Part shown: piece by piece, positions 10,444-21,427 of the stretch
Numbering within the stretch: position 1 is the stretch's first letter
Layout of the letters: each line of letters starts with the position of its first letter
Source of the DNA: an uncultured delta proteobacterium
Lineage (GTDB): Bacteria; Desulfobacterota; Syntrophobacteria; Syntrophobacterales; Syntrophobacteraceae
Direction: 5' to 3'
Length of the DNA: 64,000 bases
Assembly (NCBI GenBank): GCA_963808625.1
Contig: CAWEHK010000039.1
Span: 32,001 to 96,000 of the forward strand
The notes under the pieces: model-generated
Databases searched by the model: none
Told to the model about the DNA's origin: nothing
The model's input: only the letters and a program-made list of their open reading frames with translations
Made by a program: the position numbers and the translations under genes

Positions 10444-11737
10444 CTATCCGAACACTTTCTGAAAAATGGTATCCACATGTTTCAGGTGATACCCCAGATC
10501 GAAGACCGCATCAATTTCTTCGCGGGTGAGCTGCCTGCAGACTTCCGGGTCCTGCGTGAGGCGGTCTTTAAGCTGTCCCCCTTCCTGCCACACGGCCATG
10601 GCATTTTTCTGAATCAGCCGGTAGGCGTCCTCGCGCGTCAGCCCCTTTTTCGTCAGGGCGAGCATCGCCTGCTGGGAAAACAGGAGCCCGCCGGTAAGCT
10701 CCAAATTGCGGCGCATGTTGTCCGGGTAAACCACCAGCCGGTCGAGCACCCGGGTCAGACGCGCCAGCATGTAATCGAGGAGAATCGTGGAATCGGGGGC
10801 AATGATCCGTTCCACCGAGGAATGGCTGATGTCGCGCTCATGCCAGAGGGGAACATTTTCCATGGCGGCAAGCGCATTTCCCCGCAGCACGCGGGCAAGG
10901 CCGGCGAGGTTCTCGGAGGCAATGGGGTTCCGTTTGTGTGGCATGGAAGAGGAACCCTTTTGTCCGGCGGCAAAAAATTCTTCTGCTTCACGCACTTCAG
11001 TGCGTTGCAGATGCCTGATTTCAATTGCGATCTTTTCGATGGAGCAGCCGATCAGGGCCAGGGTCGTGAAATATTCGGCGTGACGGTCGCGCTGGAGAAT
11101 CTGATTGCTTACAGGTGCCGGAGCCAGGCCCAGTATGGCGCAGACCTTCTCCTCAATAATCGGATCGATATTCGCGTAGGTCCCGACCGAGCCGGAAATC
11201 ATCCCCACCCGAACGGCTTCCCGTGCATGATGGAGACGGTCGCGGTGGCGATTCATCTCGGCATACCACAGGGCGAATTTGAGGCCGAGGGTAATCGGCT
11301 CGGCGTGGATGCCATGAGACCGCCCGATCATCACGGTATCTTTCCACTGGTATGCCGATTTCTTGAGCACGGCGATGAGCGCTTCAAGATCTTTCAAGAG
11401 GAGGTCGGAGGCTTCGACCAGGAGCAGGGCGAGAGAAGTGTCAAGCACATCCGAGGAGGTCAGTCCCTCGTGGATATGCCTGGATGCCGGGCCGACGTAT
11501 TCGGCCACATTCGTTAGAAAGGCGATGACGTCGTGTTGCGTTTCCTTTTCAATTTCGGCAATCCGCGCCACATCAAAGTTGGCTTTTTGCTTGATTTCCT
11601 GCAGATCCTGCAGCGGGAATTTGCCCCTCCTCCGAAAGCGCCTCGCACACTGCCAGTTCGACCTCAAGCCACTTGCGATATTTGTTTTCCAAGGTCCAAA
11701 TCCGGCCCATTTCGGGCCGAGTGTAGCGTTCGATCAT
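10444..11737 (-). CDS. purB: Adenylosuccinate lyase (frameshift near 11640)
   Basis: [10 protein letters not shown] start; [33 protein letters not shown]. Confidence 0.95.
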
Positions 11738-12069
11738 CGCTCTTACTCCATGATTAAAAATCGAGTTCTATACGAAGTCAACAAGAATAATGAGAAATCA
11801 AACCCAACAAATCAAATTTCCGCGAACCAAGCCACTATCGGTCAGCTTTGCCGCTTGCGAACCCGCTTTCAGCGCTCCCCGATAGTGGCCATTTTGAACT
11901 GAGAAATCAAGGTATGATTTCAGGTTCAAGCGACGAGAAGGCATAGACCGGTGAGTTCCGGGAGCAGGAATTTCCCCCGGACGGCATCCTGGTCTGCCTC
12001 GGGCGAGACCTTTTTTCTTTGATCCAACCTCGATATCTCGATAAAAGGGTTTTCACGCGGAGGGAATTC

Positions 12070-12921
12070 ATGCCCCTTTTGGGTGCTCACATGTCGATTT
12101 CCGGTGGCTTGCACCTGGCCTTTGACCGCCTGGGCGAAGTCGAGGGCAGGGCTTTGCAGATTTTCACCAAGAACGAGAGGCAGTGGGCCTCCCCCACACT
12201 GAGCGAGGGAGCGGTGACGCGCTTCAAGCAAGCGTGGAAGGCAAGCGGTCACATCCCCGTAGCAGCCCACAATACCTATCTCATCAACCTCGCCGCGCGC
12301 GATGCCGGCACGCTTGAAAAATCGATCGGCGCCTTTGCCGATGAACTGGAGCGGGCCGAGCGGCTGGGGATCGCATATCTCATCATGCATCCCGGTTCGC
12401 ACGTGGGATCGGGAGTCGAGGCTGGGCTCGAACGTTTCGCCGCCAATCTGGATCGTGCTCTTGCCCTTTCCGGAACATCGCAGGTGAGCGTGCTCCTTGA
12501 AACCACAGCGGGGCAGGGCAGCAGCCTTGGGTCGAATTTCGAGGAAATTGCCTTCCTCCTTGACTCTTCATTGTTCGAAGGCAGGCTCGGGGTCTGTTTT
12601 GACACCTGTCACGCGTTCGCTGCCGGTTATGACATCCGAACCAAAGTGTCTTACCAGGAAACCTTCTCCCGTTTCGATGACCTCGTCGGCCTCGACCGGC
12701 TGAAATTCTTTCACCTGAATGACAGCAAACGGGGCCTGGGATCTCGCGTGGACCGCCATGAGCATATCGGGAAGGGAGCTATCGGGTTGGCGGGCTTCCG
12801 ACTGCTTCTGAATGATCACCGCTTTCGCCGCCATCCCATGGTTCTCGAGACACCCAAAGGGAAAGATCTGAAGGAGGATAAGGAAAACCTCGGAGTCCTT
12901 CGCTCCCTGTTGGATGACTGA
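12070..12921 (+). CDS. nfo: Endonuclease IV
   Basis: LGAHMSISGG, YLINLA, HPGSH, LETTAGQGS, CFDTCH, HLNDSK, DRHEHIG, LETP. Confidence 0.95.
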   Translation: MPLLGAHMSISGGLHLAFDRLGEVEGRALQIFTKNERQWASPTLSEGAVTRFKQAWKASGHIPVAAHNTYLINLAARDAGTLEKSIGAFADELERAERLGIAYLIMHPGSHVGSGVEAGLERFAANLDRALALSGTSQVSVLLETTAGQGSSLGSNFEEIAFLLDSSLFEGRLGVCFDTCHAFAAGYDIRTKVSYQETFSRFDDLVGLDRLKFFHLNDSKRGLGSRVDRHEHIGKGAIGLAGFRLLLNDHRFRRHPMVLETPKGKDLKEDKENLGVLRSLLDD

Positions 12922-12945
12922 AAGCATGCAATCCTTCAGGATGAG

Positions 12946-14466
12946 TTAAGAACAGCGTTGGGGATTTGCGTCATATCGGCTCACCCGCATCCGCTCCTGC
13001 GCCACGTACTCCAGGACTTCCCCGGCCATCGGGTCGGCAATTTGCAGCAGGGAAGGGTCGATTTTGGTATTCAGGTACTGCAAGCGCAGAGCATCACCGT
13101 CTTCGACGAGACCGGGGCAAAGGGCGCTGAAGAAGAAGCCTTCCCGTTCCGCCTGGCGACATAGCTCGGCGGCGCCAGGCAGAGCGAGCGGAAGTTGGAG
13201 GTAAATCACGGCAGCCCCGGACAGTTGACACAGATCACGTCGGGCTTGCCGAACCTCAACCGGGGTCTCGGCGCCAATCTGTTTGATGAGGATTTCCCCG
13301 ACACCAAGAGCGGATACGTAATGAACCTCAAGCAACCCGGACCCGGAAGGACGAGAGGGTTTTGCAAAAGTCACCGGGATTTCGAGGTGCTGGTAGATCC
13401 TGCGTATTATTTGTTGATGGTGCTCGGGTGGGTAGATCCTGCTCGCTCCTGGAGGTTTCAGGTATTTGAAGTAAAAAAGGCAGCTTTCTCTCTGCGGAAG
13501 AGGCTCGTCGTGGAGCTTCCTAAAGACCACGGTGTGAGGAAGCAATCCCAGGACCAGTCCGCAGACTCTGGCACCGAGATTCCCGGCGATCTTCTGACTG
13601 TGCAGATGACTGGTCACCGGAAGGATGTTGAGTCCTGCCACATCCTGTTTCAGGGCTTCCAATTCGAGGAAGGTATGCATGCGCTCCAGGAGTTTCCGTC
13701 CGCGATGAGCCGGGTTGACTACCGCCTGCCCAACCTCGGCAACCCGAGCGGGTGACGGACGCTTCAGCGCACAGTGTCCGACAATCTCTCCGGTTTCGCT
13801 TTCCGCTACCACGGAAATGAGCTTTCCAGCCTGGTTCAGGCGCACGATGCTCTCGGGGTAGTACAGATCTTCAAACGGATAGCTATAGCCGTAAGCCCTG
13901 AAAACAACGCGCGAGACCCACGCCGCATCTGCGGGTTGCAGGCGACGGACGCAGTAGTGCTGTTCGGGAGCGGGAGACTCATCCTTGCGGAAAGGAGCGA
14001 GCTGCTCCTCGTCAGATTGCGCGAAAATGTCGGAATGAACGTCATAAAGCGTCAGCCGCAGTTCTTTTCCCGCTCTCCCGTGATTGATCCATTCCATCCG
14101 GTCAACGAGATTCCGGATGAGGCAAAGGCCTGAGCCCGAAGTATTGTTAAAGGTTTCGTTCGACAGAGGGGGCGGCGGGCATTGCGGCGATGAGGATTGG
14201 TCAAAGGGTATGCCTTCATCGATGAGAGAAACGACCAACTTTGATGCGGTCAGTTCGCTCTTCAGAACAAAGCTATCGGACTCTTCAGGATTGAACGCAT
14301 ACTTGATGATATTGGTACAGGCCTCAATAACCGAACGCTCCAAAGCTGCAGCCTTATCCTGCGGGAGCTTTGCCAGGGCGGCGAGTTCCCGGAGATGCAT
14401 CCTTACCACCGGCAGGATTCCCGGTGAAATCGGCAATTTCAGTTCAGAAGAGGCTTTGGACACCAT
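12946..14466 (-). CDS. Anti-sigma-type HATPase (RsbW-like) fused to a GNAT acetyltransferase domain
   Basis: EACTNIIKYA, DEGIPFD, GSGLCLI; later AEVGQAVVNPAHRGRKL acetyl-CoA motif. Confidence 0.75.
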   Translation of the reverse strand: MVSKASSELKLPISPGILPVVRMHLRELAALAKLPQDKAAALERSVIEACTNIIKYAFNPEESDSFVLKSELTASKLVVSLIDEGIPFDQSSSPQCPPPPLSNETFNNTSGSGLCLIRNLVDRMEWINHGRAGKELRLTLYDVHSDIFAQSDEEQLAPFRKDESPAPEQHYCVRRLQPADAAWVSRVVFRAYGYSYPFEDLYYPESIVRLNQAGKLISVVAESETGEIVGHCALKRPSPARVAEVGQAVVNPAHRGRKLLERMHTFLELEALKQDVAGLNILPVTSHLHSQKIAGNLGARVCGLVLGLLPHTVVFRKLHDEPLPQRESCLFYFKYLKPPGASRIYPPEHHQQIIRRIYQHLEIPVTFAKPSRPSGSGLLEVHYVSALGVGEILIKQIGAETPVEVRQARRDLCQLSGAAVIYLQLPLALPGAAELCRQAEREGFFFSALCPGLVEDGDALRLQYLNTKIDPSLLQIADPMAGEVLEYVAQERMRVSRYDANPQRCS

Positions 14467-14508
14467 GGGGCCACCCTCCTCAGCGGTTGTCGCCTGCACC
14501 CACGGCGC

Positions 14509-15477
14509 TCAGCTCACTACCCACACGGTTTTATCTTTCGCCAGGTGGATGACCTTGTTGCTGACGCGGCCCATGAAGAACTCCTGGACTTTCGAGAGGC
14601 CTCTGCGCCCGACGACGATGGTGTCATAGCCCCCCTGTTCCGCCTCGTCCGCGATGGCGCCGGCGCGATTGCCGGCTCCCTTAACGATTTTCGTGTCCAC
14701 CCCGCCGGGAGCAATACCGGCTCTTACCAGACGGTTCCTGGCTTCCTCAAAGACCGGGTCGATCTCCCTCCCGGCCTGTTCCAACTCTTTTTCAAGTTTT
14801 TCTTTCCAGACATTGTCAGAGCCGGGAAGCGGGCTCTTTCCAGCCATTCGGTGAAAGATCTCAAAGCCCCTCAGCACATGGAACAGGGTAACCTTGATGG
14901 GGGAAGAACCGCCCAGCATCCTGGCCACATAATCCACAGCCAGCATCGCGCCTTCGGATGCATCCAGGCACACGAGATATTTGCCCCGCTGCTGTCTCGC
15001 CCCGACGACCCAGATGGGAACACGCACCAGCTTCTCCACCAACTTATTGGCGGTGCTTCCGAGCATGAAATCCTTGAGTTCGCTCAGACCCCTGCGCCCC
15101 ACAGCAACCGTGTCGTAGCCAAGTTGTGACTCGGCAATAATATCCTGGGCAATTCCCTCTTTGCGATCTTGAATCGTGACCCTTACCCTTTCCTGCGGGA
15201 TGCTCGCAGCATAGAGGATGTCGCAGGCCTGCGACATAAATTGCTTGATCATTCCCTCCTGCTGCGTTTCCCATTCCTTGATGTCCAGGAACCGGTAATG
15301 GTATGCCGGCTCTTTCTGCAGGTCCCAGAACGATTCGGGAATTCTGGTCATGATATGAAACAGGACCATTTCAACGCTCTCGGCAGGGACGGTCTTTGCC
15401 GCATAATGAACGACATTGAGCGAGTGTTCCGAGCCATCTACAACGACGAGGATCTTTTTTTGCGCGGGATTTGCCAT
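14509..15477 (-). CDS. Tandem-domain universal stress protein
   Basis: Two USP domains (ILVVVDGSEHS...GRRGLS...LGSTANK; GRRGLS...MGRVSNK). Confidence 0.9.
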   Translation of the reverse strand: MANPAQKKILVVVDGSEHSLNVVHYAAKTVPAESVEMVLFHIMTRIPESFWDLQKEPAYHYRFLDIKEWETQQEGMIKQFMSQACDILYAASIPQERVRVTIQDRKEGIAQDIIAESQLGYDTVAVGRRGLSELKDFMLGSTANKLVEKLVRVPIWVVGARQQRGKYLVCLDASEGAMLAVDYVARMLGGSSPIKVTLFHVLRGFEIFHRMAGKSPLPGSDNVWKEKLEKELEQAGREIDPVFEEARNRLVRAGIAPGGVDTKIVKGAGNRAGAIADEAEQGGYDTIVVGRRGLSKVQEFFMGRVSNKVIHLAKDKTVWVVS

Positions 15478-15505
15478 CTTCTCTCCCTTCCGCACTGAAC
15501 ACTTA

Positions 15506-18139
15506 TCAACGGTCACGGTTTTCCGTAATCGCACGGACGTCGCTGATGATTTTATTGCGGTGGTGATTGTAGGCAGCATCGTTGGACATGATCATGTCCA
15601 ACTGGCGGGTATGCATGAGAAGATAGCCCAAAATCTTGAGCTTTTCCTTCATCACCGTCTCATCAAACCCCTCGATACGAGCAAAGGCAGCGTCTTCTTT
15701 GACCTCAACGCGGAACCCGAATTCGTCCAGGATGCTGGATACAAAAACAGCTCGCCGCAATCGCCGCTGATAATCCGCGGCTCCTCCCTTGAAGCTGAAG
15801 CTGATGTAATTCTCGCCGGGCCGCTCGCCAACCAGGGTTTCAATGGTGCAGAAATGAAATCCGAAGCGTGAAGTGAGGCTGCAAAAGTTCCTGGAGATCA
15901 TGAAGTAATTTCGGTTGGTATACTCGGAGGGCATGGACGGGTCCAGCGCCGGGTTGGCGGAAGCTTCGAGCAGCACGGACATGAAGCCCCTGGTGTCGAC
16001 CGGCGGCGGGCCTTCCCAGGGTATGGCAACAATTCCTTCCCACAGGGCCAGCATGGGGATGGAAACAATGTTGTCAAGACTCACATACTTGCCGGGAACG
16101 TCTTCCCGGAAGCCGTCATCAAGATTGATGATCCACCAGAGCATCTTCACATCGCAAACAAGCTGTTTGCTGGCCCGTTCGGAAAAATGGTGCTCTTTGC
16201 CGAAACTGAACATCTCCTTGACCGATTTCTCGTGACAGAATCGAGTTATGTCATGAAGGGTCCGGCATTTTTTCGGTTTGAAGTCGGAAGCGTCAGGATC
16301 GAGAAGATGCAGGGGTACGATATGTTCAGCAACATCTCGCAGGATCTCGTAGACAGGGCTTCCTTTCATGAGGTTCTTTCTAACTTCGCCGGATTTTGCC
16401 AGGAGCGATTCAACGCATCCCCGATAGATTGTGAGGCCGTCCGCATCAATCGTCACCACTTCGTCATTGCGCAGGGCCTGAGTTGCTGACGGCACGCCAA
16501 AAATCGCCGGTACCCCGAATTCTCGGGCCACATTTGCGAGATGTCCGGCGGCACTGCCCTGCTCGGTCACCACCGCAGCCGCCCGGTTAAGAAGCGCCGC
16601 CCATCTGGGCAGGGCTTGCGCCGTCACCAGCACGGCGCCACGGGGAAATTGCAGAGCATCGCCATGCCTCAGAAGGAGATAAACCGGACCACAAGCCACC
16701 CCGGAACTGGCCGCTGCCCCTCCCTGGAGAACTACCAGGTCCCGCGGCACCTCGCTTGTCGAGGTGCGAGATCCCCCTCCATTGCCCCCTTCCGTTTGCT
16801 TCAGCGGGCGACACTGCAAGACAAAAATCGAGCCATTCTGGTCAATTGCCCATTCCACATCCTGCGGAGACCCATAGTAGTCCTCAAGGCGAAGGCCAAT
16901 CCTGGCCAGCTCCAAGGCCTGGGAATCATTCAGGGAGGGATCGCTGCTCTTCTCCCCCGTTACATCCAGGCGGCAGACTCCTTCCTCAGGATAGCAGACA
17001 AACCGCTGGTCCTTGATTTTGATGTCCCTCTGAAGAATCGACATGGGTTCTTCCCGGGAAATGACGAACAGGTCTGCAGCCACGCTGCCGTCCACCACGG
17101 ACTTCGGGAGTCCCCACACGGCATTGATGAAGATGGAGTCGTCTCGAATGTTGAGGGGATTGCGAGAATAGGTCACGCCCCCTGCCGCCGCGTCGACCAT
17201 GACCATGCAGCCCACACACATGGCAATGTCTTCATCCAGGATGCCGCGGTTCAACCGGTAGGCAATCGCCTGCAAACTGTACTTGCTGGCAACGATTTCC
17301 TTGTAAGCGTCAAGAATATCGTCCGAACTGACGTTCAATTCCGAGCGATACTGCCCGGCAAAGGAGGCGCCGACCAGGTCTTCCCCCAGGGCGCTGCTGC
17401 GCATGGAAACCTTGACGTCGCTGCCGGCCTTGGCTTCCAGTTCCCGGTACGCGCCCATAATCGCCTGCTCGAGGTCCGGGGGAACGGCAGCCCGTATGAT
17501 CAGTTGCTGAATGTCGGCGCTCAGGGAATAGAGCTGATCCAACTGATCAACCTCTGATGCCTGAAGACGGCGGTCGATTTCGGTCTGAAGGTCATTGTGT
17601 CCAAAGAAACGCTGGTAGGCCAGGGAGGATATGACAAATCCAAGCGGGACCGGCAGCTCAAGGCGACTCATCACTTCTCCCAAGTTGGCCATTTTGCTCC
17701 CCACCTGGTCGGCCATGTTCATGTCGATATCCTCGAAAGGGAGCGTCAGGCTTTCAGCCGTTGGCTGCTTTCGCTGGCTGAGCAAAGAAGTGATCCGATC
17801 CTGGATTTCTTTGAACCGGTCATACAAGTCCCGGTATTTTCCGGGCGCAAGCTGGTCAAGATTTTTGATGATGCGGAAGACATTGACCGATACCGCGGTG
17901 CTGTTGGCTCGCACGAAGGACATCCCAAAAGGCCGGTCGCCCCTCAGGGCCTCTTCGATTTCTGCCATGATTTCAAGTGCTTTGTTATTGGCAGCCAGAA
18001 GCACCTTGAAATTATGATAGCGGTCTTTGAACGCGGTGCGAAGTTCCTCAATGCGTGCCGGCGAGGATTCCTTTTTGCGGCCTTTGAGGCCGAATCGCCC
18101 AAGTATGTTTGCGAACATTCCCATGGAGCGATCACTCAA
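15506..18139 (-). CDS. PEP/pyruvate-binding (PPDK-N ATP-grasp) plus phospho-His swivel domain protein
   Basis: VGSKMANLGE, MRSSALGED, SFAGQY, PQDVEWA, LQCRP; swivel VTEQGSAAGHLANVARE; non-canonical C-terminus. Confidence 0.85.
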   Translation of the reverse strand: MSDRSMGMFANILGRFGLKGRKKESSPARIEELRTAFKDRYHNFKVLLAANNKALEIMAEIEEALRGDRPFGMSFVRANSTAVSVNVFRIIKNLDQLAPGKYRDLYDRFKEIQDRITSLLSQRKQPTAESLTLPFEDIDMNMADQVGSKMANLGEVMSRLELPVPLGFVISSLAYQRFFGHNDLQTEIDRRLQASEVDQLDQLYSLSADIQQLIIRAAVPPDLEQAIMGAYRELEAKAGSDVKVSMRSSALGEDLVGASFAGQYRSELNVSSDDILDAYKEIVASKYSLQAIAYRLNRGILDEDIAMCVGCMVMVDAAAGGVTYSRNPLNIRDDSIFINAVWGLPKSVVDGSVAADLFVISREEPMSILQRDIKIKDQRFVCYPEEGVCRLDVTGEKSSDPSLNDSQALELARIGLRLEDYYGSPQDVEWAIDQNGSIFVLQCRPLKQTEGGNGGGSRTSTSEVPRDLVVLQGGAAASSGVACGPVYLLLRHGDALQFPRGAVLVTAQALPRWAALLNRAAAVVTEQGSAAGHLANVAREFGVPAIFGVPSATQALRNDEVVTIDADGLTIYRGCVESLLAKSGEVRKNLMKGSPVYEILRDVAEHIVPLHLLDPDASDFKPKKCRTLHDITRFCHEKSVKEMFSFGKEHHFSERASKQLVCDVKMLWWIINLDDGFREDVPGKYVSLDNIVSIPMLALWEGIVAIPWEGPPPVDTRGFMSVLLEASANPALDPSMPSEYTNRNYFMISRNFCSLTSRFGFHFCTIETLVGERPGENYISFSFKGGAADYQRRLRRAVFVSSILDEFGFRVEVKEDAAFARIEGFDETVMKEKLKILGYLLMHTRQLDMIMSNDAAYNHHRNKIISDVRAITENRDR

Positions 18140-18564
18140 CCCTTCTTCGCCTCGGAAACCTCATCAACGGCGTGCCTGATGCGATCTGCATGAAGGGCCT
18201 TCTTCTTGTAAGCGTCCTGGAGCTTATAAAGCAATTCATCTATGTCCATCGGCTTCATCAAATAGTCAAAAGCCCCAACCTCCATGCCCTCGATGGCCAC
18301 TTCCATGCTGGCATGTCCGGTCAACATGATCACCTCTACCAGGGGACAACGTTTCTTTATTTCCCGCAAAGTCTCGAGACCCCCCATTCCGGGCATCTTC
18401 ACATCCAGCACCACCACGTCCGCCGGGTCTTGAGCCAACATTTCAAGGGCCCTTTCGCCGCTGTTGACACCCGTTACGGACAAATTCCTCCTTCTCAGCC
18501 TCTTCACCAGGGTTTCCAGAAACTCCTCTTCATCATCCACCAGCAGCACCTTGAATGTGTCCAC
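18136..18564 (-). CDS. Single-domain response regulator
   Basis: LLVDDE, VLDVKMP, MLTGH, YLMKP. Confidence 0.9.
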   Translation of the reverse strand: MDTFKVLLVDDEEEFLETLVKRLRRRNLSVTGVNSGERALEMLAQDPADVVVLDVKMPGMGGLETLREIKKRCPLVEVIMLTGHASMEVAIEGMEVGAFDYLMKPMDIDELLYKLQDAYKKKALHADRIRHAVDEVSEAKKG

Positions 18565-18862
18565 CTTCGTTACCTCCTCGCTCTCAGGTCCTCCCCGATC
18601 TTGCCCACCTGGTCTTCGAAATCAAACAGCTTCACTATCCTTAAGCTTTCGACCAAAAATGGCAACCGTGAAATTGTGTTCGCAGAGAATTTGCGGGGCG
18701 TCATTGTTGGAAACCGGAAGAGCGACATGGCTTTGTCGCTTGGCCACTCGCAATTATCGCAAAATGGTCACAACACTGTTGATCGTCATTCATGCAAAGC
18801 AATCCGTTTAGTTTAGGCTTGCGTACGGGTATAAGTTGAGATGGTCATCCGTTGAGTCAGCA

Positions 18863-18950
18863 TAAAGGGCGGGCATAGTGCCCGCCCCTCCAGCGATGAG
18901 ATTTGTTTGTCCGTAGGCGGCGAGCTTTACCCCGCCCTCGACAGGAGTGG
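18863..18950. repeat. GTAG-type REP-like palindromes
   Basis: GGGCGGGCA-TAG-TGCCCGCCC hairpin and GTAGGCGG...CCGCCC; may also act as a terminator. Confidence 0.5.
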
Positions 18951-18997
18951 CTCCGGCAGACGCTCCAGGCCGGGAACGCCCGCCTTTGGGCCGGGTC

Positions 18998-19447
18998 TTA
19001 TTGCTCGACTGGCACTTTGACCAGATACACCGAGCAGGGGCTATGTTTAACCACCTGAGCGGCGACGCTACCGAGTTTAAACGTCGAGGATGGACTTAGA
19101 CCGCGACTGCCCATGATGATCAGGTCGATCTTCTCGGTCTCGGCAAAATCAATGATGGCATCCGCAACCGCTACGGAAGTGACGATATTCTTCGTACAAC
19201 TGGAAGTAACGTTCGCGGCATGCAGCACGTCACAGGCCTCTATGACGATTTCATCGGCGCGCTTTTTAAACGTCTCCATGTGGCGCTCTCTTCTGGCGGG
19301 AGAGATTTCATGGTCGTCCATCCCTCCAATATATGGCACGACGCTGATCACCGAAATCTCGCAACCCTTTGTCTTGACAAAGTCGATTGCTACATTGAGC
19401 GCTTCGAGCGCATATTTTGAGCCATCTACGGGCACTAATACCTTCAT
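18998..19447 (-). CDS. Universal stress protein
   Basis: VLVPVDGS, DLIIMGSRG, LGSVAAQVV. Confidence 0.9.
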   Translation of the reverse strand: MKVLVPVDGSKYALEALNVAIDFVKTKGCEISVISVVPYIGGMDDHEISPARRERHMETFKKRADEIVIEACDVLHAANVTSSCTKNIVTSVAVADAIIDFAETEKIDLIIMGSRGLSPSSTFKLGSVAAQVVKHSPCSVYLVKVPVEQ

Positions 19448-19457
19448 TTCTTCCCCC

Positions 19458-20171
19458 TTAGACTTCTTTTTTCACTCTTGCCTTCTTCATGCTCAACCCG
19501 ATGCCGTCGAACATATAGAAGATCGCATATCCCCACCACATGGTATAGAGCACATAAAAGACCAGCAGGCCGGTCAAGGTGAAGGCTTTGCCGGAAACCC
19601 TTTCAGCTTCGATTCCAAAGAAATTATGAGCGGGCTCGATGGCCCTCTGCATGACCCTCATCACCATGTCTGATTCGTTAAGTTTCTTGTCCTTCTGGAA
19701 CTCTTTGTTCATCTTGTTCAGGACGCTCCACCAGAGCGCCATCACCTCCATCTCTTTCAAGCCGTAGCGGCTGGAGACTATGGTCCCATCATTCCTGAAC
19801 ATATCGTCGGAGTCTTGAATCGCATTCCCGAGCAGTTTGCCCAGGTCGCCACTGATCGCAAGCTGGGTCTCTTTTGCCGTCGCCTGGGCGCCTCCGGCAG
19901 CCAGAATCTTGATCGCATTATCCACCTGTTCGGGCTTATCCAGTTTGATGGCCACCGAGAAGTTGGTCCCCATAAATTTCTCATTGGCTTTGGCCACTTC
20001 CGGGATGAAATAAGAAGAACCTTTGGCGAGCTTATTGAACAGGTCATCAGCAAAATCCAGGCCGGTTTTCCCGCCCGGAAATATCGGCTGGAAGATCAGG
20101 AACAGCACTCCCAGGAAGGTTATCCCCAGGAGCAATCCAAGGTTAAACATCCTTGCATGTCTGATCAGCAT
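19458..20171 (-). CDS. TauE-associated membrane protein of unknown function
   Basis: N- and C-terminal TM helices; directly follows the TauE gene. Confidence 0.7.
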   Translation of the reverse strand: MLIRHARMFNLGLLLGITFLGVLFLIFQPIFPGGKTGLDFADDLFNKLAKGSSYFIPEVAKANEKFMGTNFSVAIKLDKPEQVDNAIKILAAGGAQATAKETQLAISGDLGKLLGNAIQDSDDMFRNDGTIVSSRYGLKEMEVMALWWSVLNKMNKEFQKDKKLNESDMVMRVMQRAIEPAHNFFGIEAERVSGKAFTLTGLLVFYVLYTMWWGYAIFYMFDGIGLSMKKARVKKEV

Positions 20172-20173
20172 TT

Positions 20174-21427
20174 CTAGTCCTCCTCTCTCAACAGGCCGAG
20201 ATTGGCGAAAAACTTTCCGAAGATCCAAATCCCGAAGACGGCAACGACAATCCAGAAGAGGATGTTTCCGACCGTTTCTATGCCATCGCAGATGGGTTTA
20301 GGGATATTGATCACCTCAAGTTCGGTAAACTTCTTGGGCAGGGTTGCCACACGATTTATAAAACCGGCAATAATGGACACCGCATAAAAGCCTCGGATGT
20401 GGATGCCTTTAACCACCTTGGTCGTCAGGGCCCCAACCTGGATGCCCAACAGGGAACCGATGAGCATCCCCATCGCAAGGGTATAGAACACGTAGCCGTA
20501 AATCGCATACTGGCCGATGGCGGCAAGCCCCGCGGTGAAAATGATCTGGAGAATATCGGTGCCGACGGTGGTCATGGACGATACCCCAAAAATATAGACA
20601 AACATGGGGAAGGTGACGAAACCGCCGCCCACACCCATGATCGCAGCCAGAATTCCGACGACCACACCGCCCGCAGCGATGATGACTCCGGAAAGTTTCT
20701 TGCCACCGGGGACGAAATCCTCATCGAAGGTGATCATCGGCGGAAGGTTCAAATTCTGCAATTTCGTGGCAATCGCCAGGGTCCCCGACGCGTCGCCGCC
20801 ATGGGCGTCCGCAGAAGCCCCCGGGCCTTTTCGCGACCGCAGGTAGTCAGCCAGCGCATAAAACCCGAGAAACCCGAGCAAAATGGCGTAAGTCGCGCTG
20901 ATAAAGGCCTCGCTCAGCAGCGGATCGGTGTTGTAAAGCCCTTTGTTGACGGCCCCGCCGATCACCGTCCCGAGACCCGAACCGACAAGAAACGCCACCG
21001 CAAGCTTGACCGAAACATTTCCCAGTTTCTTGTGAACCGTGGTGCCCATGATGGCCTTGGCGAAGATGTGGAAGAGGTCGGTGCCAACCGCGAGGATGCC
21101 TTTTACCCCTGCGGCCATGAGCGCGGGGGTGATGATGAACCCGCCCCCGGCGCCGATGCATCCGGTGATCAACCCTGCTGCCAGACCGACCGCAATGGAA
21201 ACCAAAAAAATGGTGGTCGTGTAGAATGCCGGTCCGTAGGCAGTTTTACCGCCAAGCCAGGGTGACGCTTCAAGAAAAGAGACGGCAAGGATCGGCAGGG
21301 CCAGGATGAAAAGCACCAGAAGTTTCTTCCGATTCTTCACGATCGACATCGAAACTTCGTAATCCCATTTTGCGTGTGCCACCGAAGCGGCCTTCAGGAA
21401 TTCAAACACCTTTCGCCCACTACTCAT
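20174..21427 (-). CDS. Sulfite exporter TauE/SafE family protein
   Basis: Duplicated GCIGAGGGF / IMGVGGGF and VGTD motifs; many TM helices; RBS AGGAGG. Confidence 0.9.
   Translation of the reverse strand: MSSGRKVFEFLKAASVAHAKWDYEVSMSIVKNRKKLLVLFILALPILAVSFLEASPWLGGKTAYGPAFYTTTIFLVSIAVGLAAGLITGCIGAGGGFIITPALMAAGVKGILAVGTDLFHIFAKAIMGTTVHKKLGNVSVKLAVAFLVGSGLGTVIGGAVNKGLYNTDPLLSEAFISATYAILLGFLGFYALADYLRSRKGPGASADAHGGDASGTLAIATKLQNLNLPPMITFDEDFVPGGKKLSGVIIAAGGVVVGILAAIMGVGGGFVTFPMFVYIFGVSSMTTVGTDILQIIFTAGLAAIGQYAIYGYVFYTLAMGMLIGSLLGIQVGALTTKVVKGIHIRGFYAVSIIAGFINRVATLPKKFTELEVINIPKPICDGIETVGNILFWIVVAVFGIWIFGKFFANLGLLREED

Noticed and set aside
10444..11737. True pseudogenes or programmed frameshifting in purB and other split genes
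   Set aside because: Indels are scattered across unrelated conserved genes with no common slippery site; sequencing error is more parsimonious.
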